A stretch of DNA of 63,994 bases, filler included. It is 11 parts of 11 records of this genome, joined end to end, with 100 filler letters (N's around TTAATTAATTAA, not from the genome) between each part and the next. Parts side by side here need not be neighbours in the genome. Positions count along the whole stretch, not along the records: positions 17,418 to 30,270 come from SRR7504441_7129; positions 30,371 to 38,169 come from SRR7504441_7130; 9 more parts are not named here. The stretch is one strand, 5' to 3'. Positions 23,481 through 35,140 of this stretch are shown one piece after another. The notes below the pieces were generated by a model. That model saw nothing but the letters and a program-made list of their open reading frames with translations. It searched no databases and had not been told where the DNA came from. Numbering within the stretch: position 1 is the first letter of the stretch; every line of letters starts with the position of its first letter. A program made the position numbers and the translations under genes.

Positions 23481-23631
23481 GCACACAGTCGCCGCCCGGA
23501 GGGGTGCGGACCTGGCGCATCGGGGCCCAGGGCAGCGTTCCAGTGGATGGCATCCTGCGGGGCAGCCAGTCGGTCGAGTGAGAGGCCACAGCCACCAGGC
23601 CGAGCAGGGCAGTGCGATGGGGTGTTAGGTC

Positions 23632-23763
23632 TTCTGTTGGCTGAGCCATAACCGCGGCGGCACGTGGGAGGCCGCAGCGGCTAATTTACTCAGCCTTGAT
23701 CTGGCCAGTTAATGAGGCACACCCGGCCATAGAATATCGGCTGGTGGCTAATAGGACTGGCCC
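23632..23763 (-). ncRNA. Box H/ACA snoRNA (5' pocket targets 18S rRNA UAAUGA-U-U-AAUAGGG)
   Basis: Hairpin 1 GGCCAGT/ACTGGCC; H box AGATCA (23702-23697); hairpin 2 GGCTGAG/CTCAGCC; ACA three nucleotides from the 3' end. Pocket strands TCCTATT and TCATTA, with the target U about 14 nt from the H box. Confidence 0.85.
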
Positions 23764-23995
23764 ATGGGGCTCGGGCGCTAGGCTCGGGCGCTGCACCGCG
23801 CGAGCAACTGGGCGACGCCTCTGGTCTCCGACCCGGCCTCGGCTCACAGGTCTTCATCCAGCTCGGCCAGGCTCACCCCGCACACCGGAGGCGCCCAACA
23901 GCCTCCTCCGCAGGGGCTGAGACAAGCCGGCGCTGGCATTGGCCGGGATCCGGGTGGGTCTTGGAGGTGATGACATCGATTCCGTTGTCGTTGCC

Positions 23996-25747
23996 ATGGT
24001 ACCAACAGCCCAGCACGCCGGGCTTTATCCTCGGGGCTGCAGGTGCTAAACCGGAACCGCACGCCGGACAAGTCGCGGTATGGGTCTCCCCGGCGCCCCA
24101 GCTCCCCAATCGCCTTCAAGCCGTCGCTGGTCGAGCGACAGGACCTGGTGCGCAACCTTACCCGCTCGCGCGGTTCGAACGGCGCTGTGGCAGACCGTCT
24201 TCCGGGCCCCGCTCAGCACGCTGTACCTGTTCTGCGAGTGGACGTTCGAGACGCTGAGCGGACTGGCCATCTCGTTGCTCAAGGACCCCCGGGTCTGGTG
24301 GGTGGGCGGTCCGCTGGCGCTGGCCTACGCCGCTGCCCATCTTTCCTCGAACTCATCCGTTACGGTGGCTCTTGGGCTCGCGCCTCGTCGGTAGGGCCGG
24401 AGCAATGGCGGCCAGGCGCTGGTCACCGAGCTGGACTTCCAATTGTCGTTCATCCTGTGGTGGGCGGGGCTGGGAGTCCTCTCGTCTGTCGGCCTCGGGA
24501 CTGGAATGCACTCCGGTGAAGCCGGCTCGATGGCGCCCACGTGACCGGAGCTGGCGCAGGCATTCTGTTCCTGTTCCCTCATATGATGCGGGTCTGCCAA
24601 GCGGCCCATGACTGCCAGACACTGGACTTTGAGTCTCGTACCGACATGTAAGTCGATCGCAGCCAGGCGCAGGCCTGACCCGTGCCTGGCGCCCGCAGCT
24701 GGTTCAGCACCACGGCCCTCACCTTCAAGTGCCCCGAAACTGACCCAAGCATGGCTACTCCGGTCACATTCTTGGGCTTATTCTGCAAGGTCCCTGCCGC
24801 AGTGCGAGAGAGCACTCAACTGCAGACCTCAGGTGTGCTGGGCCGCGTTCCTCTGGGGGGCGGGCACTGCAGTGGGCGAGATCCCGCCATACGCAGTCGC
24901 TTACGCTGCCGCCACCGCGGGCGAGGCCAATGCTGAGCTGTCCGGTCCCCGCGGCCGACTGTCGCACAGCCTGACCTGTGTGGCAGACCTGGATGATGAG
25001 GCGGGAGCGACCGACGCAGTTACCCGGTGCAAGGTGTGGATGATCGACTTCATCAAGCGGTACGGGTTCACCGCTGTCTTCCTTTTCTCAGCCTGGCCGA
25101 ACGCGATGTTTGACCTCTGTGGCATCTGCTGTGGTGTGCGACTCCAGTGGCTGCAACTGACCTGGTGCGGTGAAGGGAGCTTCCGTATGCCGTTCTGGCA
25201 ATTCTTTGGGGCCACCTTCTGCGGCAAGGCACTCGTGAAGGTGCTGAGCACGCAGCCGGGCGCCCGAGCGGTCGCGGCAGGTCCAGCTTCAAACGGTGTT
25301 CTTCATCACTCTGTTCAGCGCAGAGCATTTGACTCGGTGAGGCTCCGCTGCCAGGCATACCTTGACTCTTGTCTACCAGCGCGCTGGGCTGGCTCCAGGC
25401 CATGCTGCCTGATTGGCTGTACGAGCTTGCTCGCAAGGGCGCCGATAAGGGCAAGGCAAAATTTGAAAAGGGCGGAAGCAGTAGTGGCGGCGACGAGGGC
25501 GGAAGCCTCATGAAAGATGTAGCTGATTCCGCTGCTTGTTTGCTGATTGCGGCTGCAGGCGTGGAATTTGTTGATCGGCGTGATCATCCTGTTCTTTGTA
25601 GTGTCTACAATCGAGCAGCTTGCGCAGCTGCAGCATGTAACCGCCATACCTGAGCCGGGATCCTCAAACCCGGGTTGTTCAGGCCACACGGGAGGAGAGG
25701 GAAAAGAACAAGAGACGCTGAGTACTCTGCCAAGCTCAGAACTTTGA
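23996..25747 (+). CDS. VMP1: Vacuole membrane protein 1 (VMP1/KMS1, DedA/SNARE-associated family), 12 exons
   Basis: Spliced protein contains [70 protein letters not shown]. The first exon is the ATG alone (intron 23999-24042). Confidence 0.92.
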
Positions 25748-26156
25748 ATGAATCAGCAGCGATGGGCTGATTCGGGACACCAGTATATACGGTATTGTGT
25801 TTCTTGAAGTCAAGGCTTGTTGGAGCAAGGGATGTTGCAAGAGTTTCTAGAGTGTCAAGTTCAAGTTTGTGTGCAGTACAGTGTAAGTAATTAGCTTTGC
25901 CCATGGATTACAAGTCATGTAGTCGTGGGCTTAGTCCACTTGATAGCTTACGAGTGTCCAGTACATCTAATTGCGAGTGTCCATGGCTATCATATTCACT
26001 TACATGGACACTTATTCGCACCGCGCTGCGTTGCACTTCTTTGAAAGAATTTCATTAATCAAGACAAGATTACAAAATGGATTACAACAGAATCCAAACC
26101 ATTAAATACTCGTAAATTGCCCTCCAAAATCCTCGGCATCCGGCAGTCTTTACACA

Positions 26157-26903
26157 CTAACCAGTACCGCTGCCAGTGAGCACGCCTATGTTCACCGCAT
26201 AGAAGCAGCTCGAGCCTACCATCACCATCGCATGCCAGATGGCCTGGTGGAACTCAAAGCTCTTTGCCAGCAATACCCCGAGCCCCACAGTGTAGAACAG
26301 CCCACCGGCCAGAACTGTCTGCATCACACCCGCGCTGAATTCTTCAGACAGCGCGGTCAGAGCAGGGTATCCGGCCCAGCCCATCAGCAGGAACCGAGCA
26401 TCGTTGAGTGTGAATCCCTCGTTGTTTCGTACCAGCTTGCTGTTCATCGCGTACCGGAGCTCCTGCAACACGCCCAGCCCGCCCAGCACACAGACAAAGG
26501 CTAGCGTCTGGTACATCCCGCATTGCTGCATGATCGGGGCGTAGCACCCCACGATCATCATGTTGATTCCAAGTTGGTCCACAGCGTAAAACCGCCGGGC
26601 CAGCCCCGCGTCGCAACTGTAGTAATGGAAGACAGCCGACCCGTTGGTCATTGCAATCAAGCCCAGCCCGTGGAGCACGAACCCGAGCTGCTTTGTGGCC
26701 GAGTCCCCGGCCGCCCACGACACGTAGCTCAGAGCAATCGCCGCCGTCCAAGAGAGCACCGCCATGGTGAAGTTGACCACGCGGTCAGCCAGGAGCTCCC
26801 GGAGCGAGTAGGTGCGCGCCGGCGGGGGGTACCACTGCAAGCGCCCCCCGCCGGGTTGCCCCTTCATAAGGGCCCCGAACACCGACGGCCGTTTCCCCGT
26901 CAT
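26157..26903 (-). CDS. Hemolysin-III/PAQR-family membrane protein
   Basis: Seven TM segments; SAVFH, DQLGINMMIVGCYAP, GGLFYTVG, HQAIWHAMV. Intronless. Confidence 0.88.
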   Translation of the reverse strand: MTGKRPSVFGALMKGQPGGGRLQWYPPPARTYSLRELLADRVVNFTMAVLSWTAAIALSYVSWAAGDSATKQLGFVLHGLGLIAMTNGSAVFHYYSCDAGLARRFYAVDQLGINMMIVGCYAPIMQQCGMYQTLAFVCVLGGLGVLQELRYAMNSKLVRNNEGFTLNDARFLLMGWAGYPALTALSEEFSAGVMQTVLAGGLFYTVGLGVLLAKSFEFHQAIWHAMVMVGSSCFYAVNIGVLTGSGTG

Positions 26904-27051
26904 GTGGTTGCCGGCACCGCTCGGGTGAGCCGGGCTGACTCAGCCGTCTCGTCTGGTGCACGATCAACAGTCAAGTTGTAACGGATATTCGTGGCTCCAG
27001 CCACCAGGCGCCAGGGCGAGGAGGCCCGGGCCGCTGCCGGCTGAGGCCCGG

Positions 27052-27774
27052 ATGGACATTGACGAGCAGCTGCGGCGGCAGGCGGCCAAGCACGGGCTGG
27101 CTAGCTTCGACCCGGCCGTCTCGGAGCAGGAGGCCGAGGCGGAGGACGTGTACAAGCAGCGGCGGGACGAGCACCTTGAGGAGATCGAGCACACCAACGG
27201 CGGTTTCGCCGGATTTCGCAAGGCCGGCGGGGAGAGCCAGGACGACAAACGGATCGGTCTGGAGGCGTACCAGACCGCGCTGGAGCTCGAGGGCCTCGGC
27301 CTGGCCCCGCTGAAGGTCGCGCTGCCCCGGGGACCGGGCGAGCCGGGCCGCAGGAGCAGCTGCAGCTCCGCGGGATGAAGTGCAGCGGCACGCTGCAGGC
27401 GGGCCAGGGCTGGTGCCACCGGCCTCATGCAGTGGGCAGGAGCGCGCGACCCGGCTGTTCGAGGCCAAAGACGTCGGGCTGCCGTTGCTCCGGGCCCAAA
27501 AGCCGCAGCTGTTCATCAAGCCGGCGCAAGCAGCGGTTGCTCGCGGCTCGGCTTGCCGGGCAGCCCGTGGTTGCGCAGGTGGACATGTCGGCCAGCGCCG
27601 CCAAAGATCCTGCGTGTAGGAAGAGACAGCGAGGTGCGTTGGTCTCAAGCAATTGTTGCTGTGTGCACTGATTAGCCCAACTGAGCCATTGGGGGTGTAC
27701 TAGGGCCGTTGCTGCCGGGACAGAAGATGAGCAAGAATCAAAAGAGATTGCCGTCGTCGGCTTCTTGGCTTTAG
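27052..27774 (+). CDS. Small protein with an SDE2/SF3A3-type SAP-like domain
   Basis: After splicing: LEGLGLAPLKEQLQLRGMKCSGTLQERATRLF, matching the LxxLGLxxLKxxLxxxGLKCGGTLxERAxRLF motif. Confidence 0.7.
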
Positions 27775-28310
27775 ATAAGCACCTATATAAGTACATTTAG
27801 TAGAAAGTCCGGTCGGACCACATAACAGGTCTGGCTTTAGATACGCAACAACTAGCTTTACTATCGAATACACGCATAGAACGATTTGATTCCGATTGTA
27901 ACTGCATAATCGAGATCATTCAATAATATTCGATATGTCTGAATGAGTGTGCCCTAGTGTTTCTATTCGTTGAAGTCGTTGAAGTCAATGAAGAATAAAC
28001 GCCTTGCAACGTACATCAAGCCAACGCTTGTCCGCGGCACTGAGCAGCTCGTGCCTGAAGTTCTCGCCGAGAGCTGCTTCTTGCGTTTGCAAGCCGGTCA
28101 GCTCGGCTGTGAAGGTGGTGGCATGTGGCTCGTATGCGGCTTGTTCCCAAAGTCTTCAAACCAATGCCTATGACAATTTCGCGCTCCTGAAGCAGACTGG
28201 GCACACACGCGGCACTGGCTCGCACGTTGTGCACTCAATCGAGCGGCTTTTGATCGCTCCATGCATTCACCAGCTACTCTGTACAGTACACCGCCCCCGC
28301 ACTCGTCATT

Positions 28311-29099
28311 CTAAGCAGGCTTCACGTATCCGAATTGCGCCGAGCCGAAAAATGTCAGGTAAGGCGGCACTTGCTCCGAGCTCGGCCGAAACGTGTTCCC
28401 CGACCAATACTCGCTCTGCACATAGGCGCACAGTATTTGGCAGATCAGCAGATTGTGCCCGGTCCCGAGGTCCTGTACGGATTGCTTGCGACACACTAAA
28501 TGTGCCACGCAGTCCCGAACGGCCAGGCAGCTATCGGCCGCCGATTCCATCTGCCGGAGCTTGAGCAACTGCCGCTCTTTCTTGGAACCTTTGGCCGGCG
28601 GACGGCCCTCCCCCTGCAGCCGGCACTCTGGTGTTTGGACCCAGCCGGGCAGGCAGGTCTGGATCCCGAGCTGCTCGATCTTGTCGGTGTGGGCCGACCC
28701 GTGGCACGAGCCTATCGCGGTAACCAACGGCTCCATCCCGGCCACTGGCACCCCGAGGCAGAAGAGCTCGGCATCGGCGAGCAGCTCGGCGGTCCGTCGG
28801 TTCTGGTTGACCGAGCAACAGAACCCGCCCCGGTTGTCAGTGCAGGTGAGCCACGAGATGGTCATCAGGCTGCGCTGCCCGCTGCCGTCCAGCACGCTGA
28901 GCAGGCACACTGGATTCGTGTAGAGCAGCCGGGCCAGCATCTGCGGCTCGGCGATGCTCACAGCCCGCCCGGGGGAGGGCGGCCGGCTGGGGCAGCTGGT
29001 GGCTGAGGCCTCCAGGAACGGATCGTCCGCGTCCCACTCGCTCGCCTCGCCTCGGGCTGCTACTGGGCCCGTCCGCCCGGCTGCTCGAGGCCGGTTCAT
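28311..29099 (-). CDS. Flavin reductase-like FMN-binding split-barrel protein
   Basis: RLLYTNPVCLLS, MTISWLT, IGSCHG...DK, CVAHLVC, GHNLLICQI. Confidence 0.8.
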   Translation of the reverse strand: MNRPRAAGRTGPVAARGEASEWDADDPFLEASATSCPSRPPSPGRAVSIAEPQMLARLLYTNPVCLLSVLDGSGQRSLMTISWLTCTDNRGGFCCSVNQNRRTAELLADAELFCLGVPVAGMEPLVTAIGSCHGSAHTDKIEQLGIQTCLPGWVQTPECRLQGEGRPPAKGSKKERQLLKLRQMESAADSCLAVRDCVAHLVCRKQSVQDLGTGHNLLICQILCAYVQSEYWSGNTFRPSSEQVPPYLTFFGSAQFGYVKPA

Positions 29100-29147
29100 G
29101 TGGCGTTTAGCGTCCGCATTATTAATTTTTTAATTAACAAGCACGGA

Positions 29148-30221
<1,074 letters not shown>

Positions 30222-30427
30222 TCACCGGGCACGAGCAGCCGTCGGAGCACCGTCTGTGTCGGAGCACCGTNNNNNNNNNNNNNNNNNNNNNNNNNNNNNN
30301 NNNNNNNNNNNNNNTTAATTAATTAANNNNNNNNNNNNNNNNNNNNNNNNNNNNNNNNNNNNNNNNNNNNCAACTCTGTAGTATGATGAACATGATAAAT
30401 GATCATGCCAAATGCTGATGCCGAAAG

Positions 30428-32391
30428 CTACTCGCCTCTCAAGAGCCGATCTACCTTATCGACATCCTCATAGCTGTATCCGACCTCGCGGTGATACAAC
30501 CGGAGTGCGGTCGAATCCACCACTTTGAACCCGTCCCGCATCGTGTAGTTGTGGTTGGCCATCGAGGGCGAGCCCACCACCAGCCGCAGCGCCTCCTTCT
30601 CGTACAGCCCCGGGGTCTCCTGCTCAGCGTCCTCCCGAGTTCTGCCCCACCGCTCGCCCGAGCCCAGCCCGGCCAGCGCACATGGATGGAATCACTGTAG
30701 GCCGGCTAGAGATCAGGGCAGCCAGGTAGGCCAGGCTGGACGTACAACCCCCGCTGATCAGGTACCTGCATCCCCACTCAGCCCAGCCTTAGCAGGTCAG
30801 ACCGCGCATTCGCCATCCGGGACAGGTCTAGCAGCGGTGTTTCGCCACAGTCCACCCTCACAGCGTGCCCGCGGGCCTTGAGCCAGCGCACGAACCGGTC
30901 TACGTACTGTGCACAGAGCGACGGCCAATTGTCAGCCGACTCGCGGTAGCGCGACAGATTCCACTGATGGCAGGCGAGCACGAGCACGGCCGGTCGGTCC
31001 TGGGCCAGATTAAGTCGAGCCATCGCTTGGACATAGTACTCATACTTGAGGAAGTGGTACCTGTCCCCTGTGATGCTAGCCCCGGGATGAGCAGACCCCC
31101 AGTGCAGATTCATCGGAGAGTCGGAGCACCGGAAGTGCACAACCACGGGCTCGGGGTCGGGCTCGGCGGGCTTGGGCAGCTGGGGCAGGAGCAGACGGCG
31201 TGCTAGGGGAGCTGCGGCGTGCAGGCGCTGGCTCATGGGCGATTGCCATGCGGCCGCGAGGGGGGTAGCGCCGTTCGCAAGTGTTGGTATCCAGTCAGTG
31301 TGGATCGAGGGCACCGCACACGGCTCGGACAGACAAGCCAGGCAGCTCCCTCGGACGCAAGCGCCCCGAGGGTGGTACCAGACAGCAGCTGGGAGTGACA
31401 GCCCGACAGCCTCCTCAGGCTTACCCTCAAACTCGACTCTCGCTGAGCATCCTTCGAACAAAAAGGAGGCCACGTTGTCGAGGTACATGAGCGCCAGGTT
31501 GCCCAAGTTGCCCCGGTCCGACCAGGCTAGCTCCACTAGATCTGGGCAGCCTGGCGCTGGTCGCTCCGGCGCGTAAGTCGCCAGATCTGTCACTGGCTCC
31601 GCGGCCAGCGCCGGCCTGAGCACCGCCAGTCCACACCCGCGCTCATACGGCCTGAGCACCCCTTCGGCCGGGTTGGCGCAGTGCGCCGAGTAACCGCCCT
31701 CCAGCAGCTGCTCGACCAGCCCTTCTGTCTCAGTAGCAGAATCCGGCTCATTGGCCCAGTTCCAGATCCAGCCCCCGGCCGCCCCCGGCTCGGTGCGCTC
31801 GAGCACCAGCCAGGCCTGATGCCCCGGCCCCAGCAACTCCACCAGCTTGGGCACCGCCCCGTACCAGGCTGGCGACACCCGGATCAGCCCCAGCTGCCCG
31901 GACAGCCGCCTGAGCCGCCGGTCGGCCCGGCGAGTCTGGTTGACCAAAGCAAGCCCGAGCTTCTGCGGCGACCACCCGTTCAGCCCCGCGTCGCGCTGCA
32001 GCCGCGCCAGCTGGTCGCGCCGGTGGTCCAGAGCGAGCACCCGCCAGCCGTGCGCCGCGGGGAGCAGAGAGCCGCCCGACGCCCCTAGATCGACCCAGAT
32101 CGCGCAGTCGTCCCGCCGGCGGGCCCGGTCGAGCTCGGCCAACCAGCCGACGGCGCACCGGCGCTCGGGCGGCTCCGGGCTCGGGCTGGAGACTAAGTAG
32201 CCGGGGCGGGGGCACCAGGCCACCGAGAGCCGGCCGCCGGCCCGCAGGAGCGGCTGGTCAGCCAGGCCGCCGCCCGGGGGGATCAGGGGATGCTTGGCCG
32301 ACCCGAGCGGCAGGCAGCGCGGGGACGAGTCCGGGGCGCCGGGCCGGAGCATGCTCATCCAGCATCCGAGCAGCCACACCGTTCTGGCCAT
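30428..32391 (-). CDS. Secretory-pathway protein: FkbM-like methyltransferase domain fused to a GT11/NodZ-like fucosyltransferase domain
   Basis: Signal-like N-terminus; WVDLGASGG SAM motif; GNLGNLALMY, VVVHFRCSD, YYVQAM, PLLDLSRMANARYLISGGCTSSLAY after splicing. Confidence 0.55.
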
Positions 32392-32458
32392 TGGGCTCGG
32401 GCGATCGACTAACGGAACGATACGCTCGACGAGTGTGCTCACGACCGTAGCCTCGACG

Positions 32459-34799
32459 ATGAACATCACCTCAGCGCTGCACAGCTGGCTGGCCTCGAGC
32501 TGGGCCGGTCCAACCTACGCCTTCCTGCGCGACACGGCGCTGCCCTGGTGCCTCCTGCTCGCCGGGCTCTGGCTCGTGCTCCGCGTGCTCCGTGCCGGGC
32601 TCGCCGCGCTCACTGGGTCGGCTCCCAAGGTCCGAACTGGCCGGGCTCCGGGCCAGCCGCGGGGCAGGTGGACCTGCGGGCGGCGGTCGCCGAGATGGAT
32701 GCCGACCTAGCCGCGGCCAAGTCCCGCGACCCTTTCGATTACCAGCGGTGACCGCCCCGGGCGGCCCGGCGGCTCAGCTGGCTGCAGCTGGCGAGGCGCC
32801 AACTCCGGTCCATGCGACCAAGTGCCCTGCTGGGACCCGGCCACCCTGCACGACCTCGGCACTCTCCCGGGTGCCCTGCTGATCGGACCTGCGGCCGTTA
32901 TCCCGGGTGCAGCGATGAGTGCGGACGACGTAGCCGCTGCCATCCAGTCCGCCCGGGAGGCTCAGCGAGTCTGGGGCCAATCGGGCTTCGAGCAGCGGCG
33001 GCTGGTGCTACGGACCCTGCTCCGGTGCATTGTCGAGAACTGCACACACATCGCGCGCGCTGCGTGCGTCGACTCGGGCAAGACGGTAGTCGACGCCATG
33101 GTCGGCGAGATCCTTGTGACTTGTGAGAAGCTACGCTGGACGATCGCCGACGGTGCCGCGGCCCGGTCCGCCTCTAATCGCACCGCAGGCGAGGCGGCGC
33201 TCCGGCCCGAGTATCGCAGCTCAGGCCTGATGAATCTGCACAAGACCTCTCGAGTCCAGTGGACACCAATGGGTGGCTAGGCCAGAGTGGGGCCGGCCAG
33301 CCGTGTTCAGGCGTGGTGGGTGCGATTGTGCCCTGGAACTACCCCTTTCACAACCTGGTGCCTCGCCGCCTCGAGCTGTACCCGAGCTGTGTCGGCCAGC
33401 TCAACCCTGTGATAGCTTCGCTGTTTGCTGGGAATGCTATTGTAATCAAGACCTCGGAATACGCCTCGTGGAGCACCAAATTCTACCTCAAGTTGATCCG
33501 GCAGTGCCTGGCCGCCGCCGGCGCCCCGACCGATCTGGTAAAAGCCTACTCTAGCGGCTGGTGACCTGTGCAGGTGCAAATCGTGACTGGATTCGGAGCG
33601 GCTGGACACGGACTGGTCACTGGCGGTGTCGACGTCGTGATCTTTGTCGGATCGGTCGAAGTGGGCAAGAAGGTGCTGCCCGCCGGCTCGAGCTGTCGAG
33701 CGCTCGGCAGGTGATGGCTGCAGCTGCAGACTCGCTCACTCCTGTGATTCTGGAGCTCGGCGGAAAGGATCCATTCATCGTATGCGAGGACGCCAACCCG
33801 GCGGGGCTGGCCCAGCTGGCCTGCCGCGGAGTCTACCAGAACATGGGTAGTCGCTGGGCTGGCGGCCGGTTCTGAACTGCTTGGCAGGCCAGAACTGTGC
33901 TGGGCCGGAGCGATTCCTGGTGCATCAGGCTGTGTATGACGACTTTTGTGAGCAGGTGGCCGGTGTGGTGAACAAAATGACACAGGCGAGCATGCGAACC
34001 ATCAACTGCTGACGCCCGGCAGGCGCCGCCTCTCGAGTCAGACTTTGTCGACTGTGGCGCTGTCTGCATGCCACAGTCGATGGAGCGTTACCAGGCCTTG
34101 GTGGATGACGCTGTAGCCAAGGGCGCGACCGTGCTGGCTGGCGGCACGCTCGAAGGGCTCCAAGCCCAGATGTACCCGCCAACTGTTCTGGCCGGGGTCA
34201 CCCAGCAGATGGATATAGCCTCTGAGGAGATCTTTGGACCAATCATGTGTATCTTCAAGGCAAACCTCACCGAGCCCTGCGCCTGACCAGTCTGGGCGCA
34301 GGTCAGCTCGGATCAGGACGCAATTCGCATTGCCAACCAGTCCGTCTTTGGGCTGAGCGGCTGTGTGCACTCCAAGTCGCAGGCGCGGGCTGCAGCCATG
34401 TGCGATGCCCTGGAGACTGGGATGGCCTCAGTGAACGATTTGGAGGGAACCACGTACCTCTCGCAGTCACTCCCCTTCGGCGGTCGGGCCACTGAACTGG
34501 CCATAGCGCTGACTCTGGACTCTGCAGGTCAGAAAGAGTCGGGATTTGGCCGGTTTGCTGGACCTGAGGGCCTGAGAGGGCTGTGCCATGCCAAATCTGT
34601 GGTCGAGAACCGGCTCTCTTTCATTGCTGCTGAGATCCCAGCCCAACTGGCCTATCCGGCAAACGGGCAGGGTCCGGCCTTCTGCCAGGCGCTGATCAAC
34701 ATCATGTACGGCTATGGCCTGTTTGCCAGGCTGGGCGGAGTCTTCTCAATCATCGGCACTGCATCAGCCAAGACAAAGCCAGCAACCAAAGAGGACTAG
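32459..34799 (+). CDS. Aldehyde dehydrogenase of the ALDH22A1/MSC7 type with N-terminal TM (13 exons)
   Basis: [60 protein letters not shown] after removing 12 introns of 36-45 nt (two GC-AG). Confidence 0.93.
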
Positions 34800-35140
34800 G
34801 CCTTGCACTCTGAGAGCATTTAACAACGTGTGCTTTGAAGCATCATGGGCTTGTCCGGTCTGAGCATGCCGGGCTACTTGGATGCTACTGTGTGTCATAA
34901 TTATGATCATGAAGATCTATGAACAAAGATCTACATTTACAGTGACGCAGTAGAGAAAGACTTAAGTGATCAATAAGAGTAAAAAGATACTAAAAAGATA
35001 TCTACAATCATACAATCATGTACATGTAAGTATACGACGTGATCGACGCGACAATGATTGTCATGACTCCATACATTTTATTTACAAGCATGATTGTAGT
35101 AGTAAGTCACTTGAGACAACTTTGCGTTTAATCAAGCGTA

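Larger units (their letters stand above)
23297..23939 (-). other. snoRNA/scaRNA host gene with a 47-codon micro-ORF (3 exons)
   Basis: Exons 23939-23848, 23554-23512 and 23305-23297 splice in frame (MPAPACLSPCGGGCWAPPVCGVSLAELDEDLMPSTGTLPWAPMRQAK*). The GT-AG introns are 293 and 206 nt, far longer than the ~40-nt norm, and each holds a guide RNA. Confidence 0.65.
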
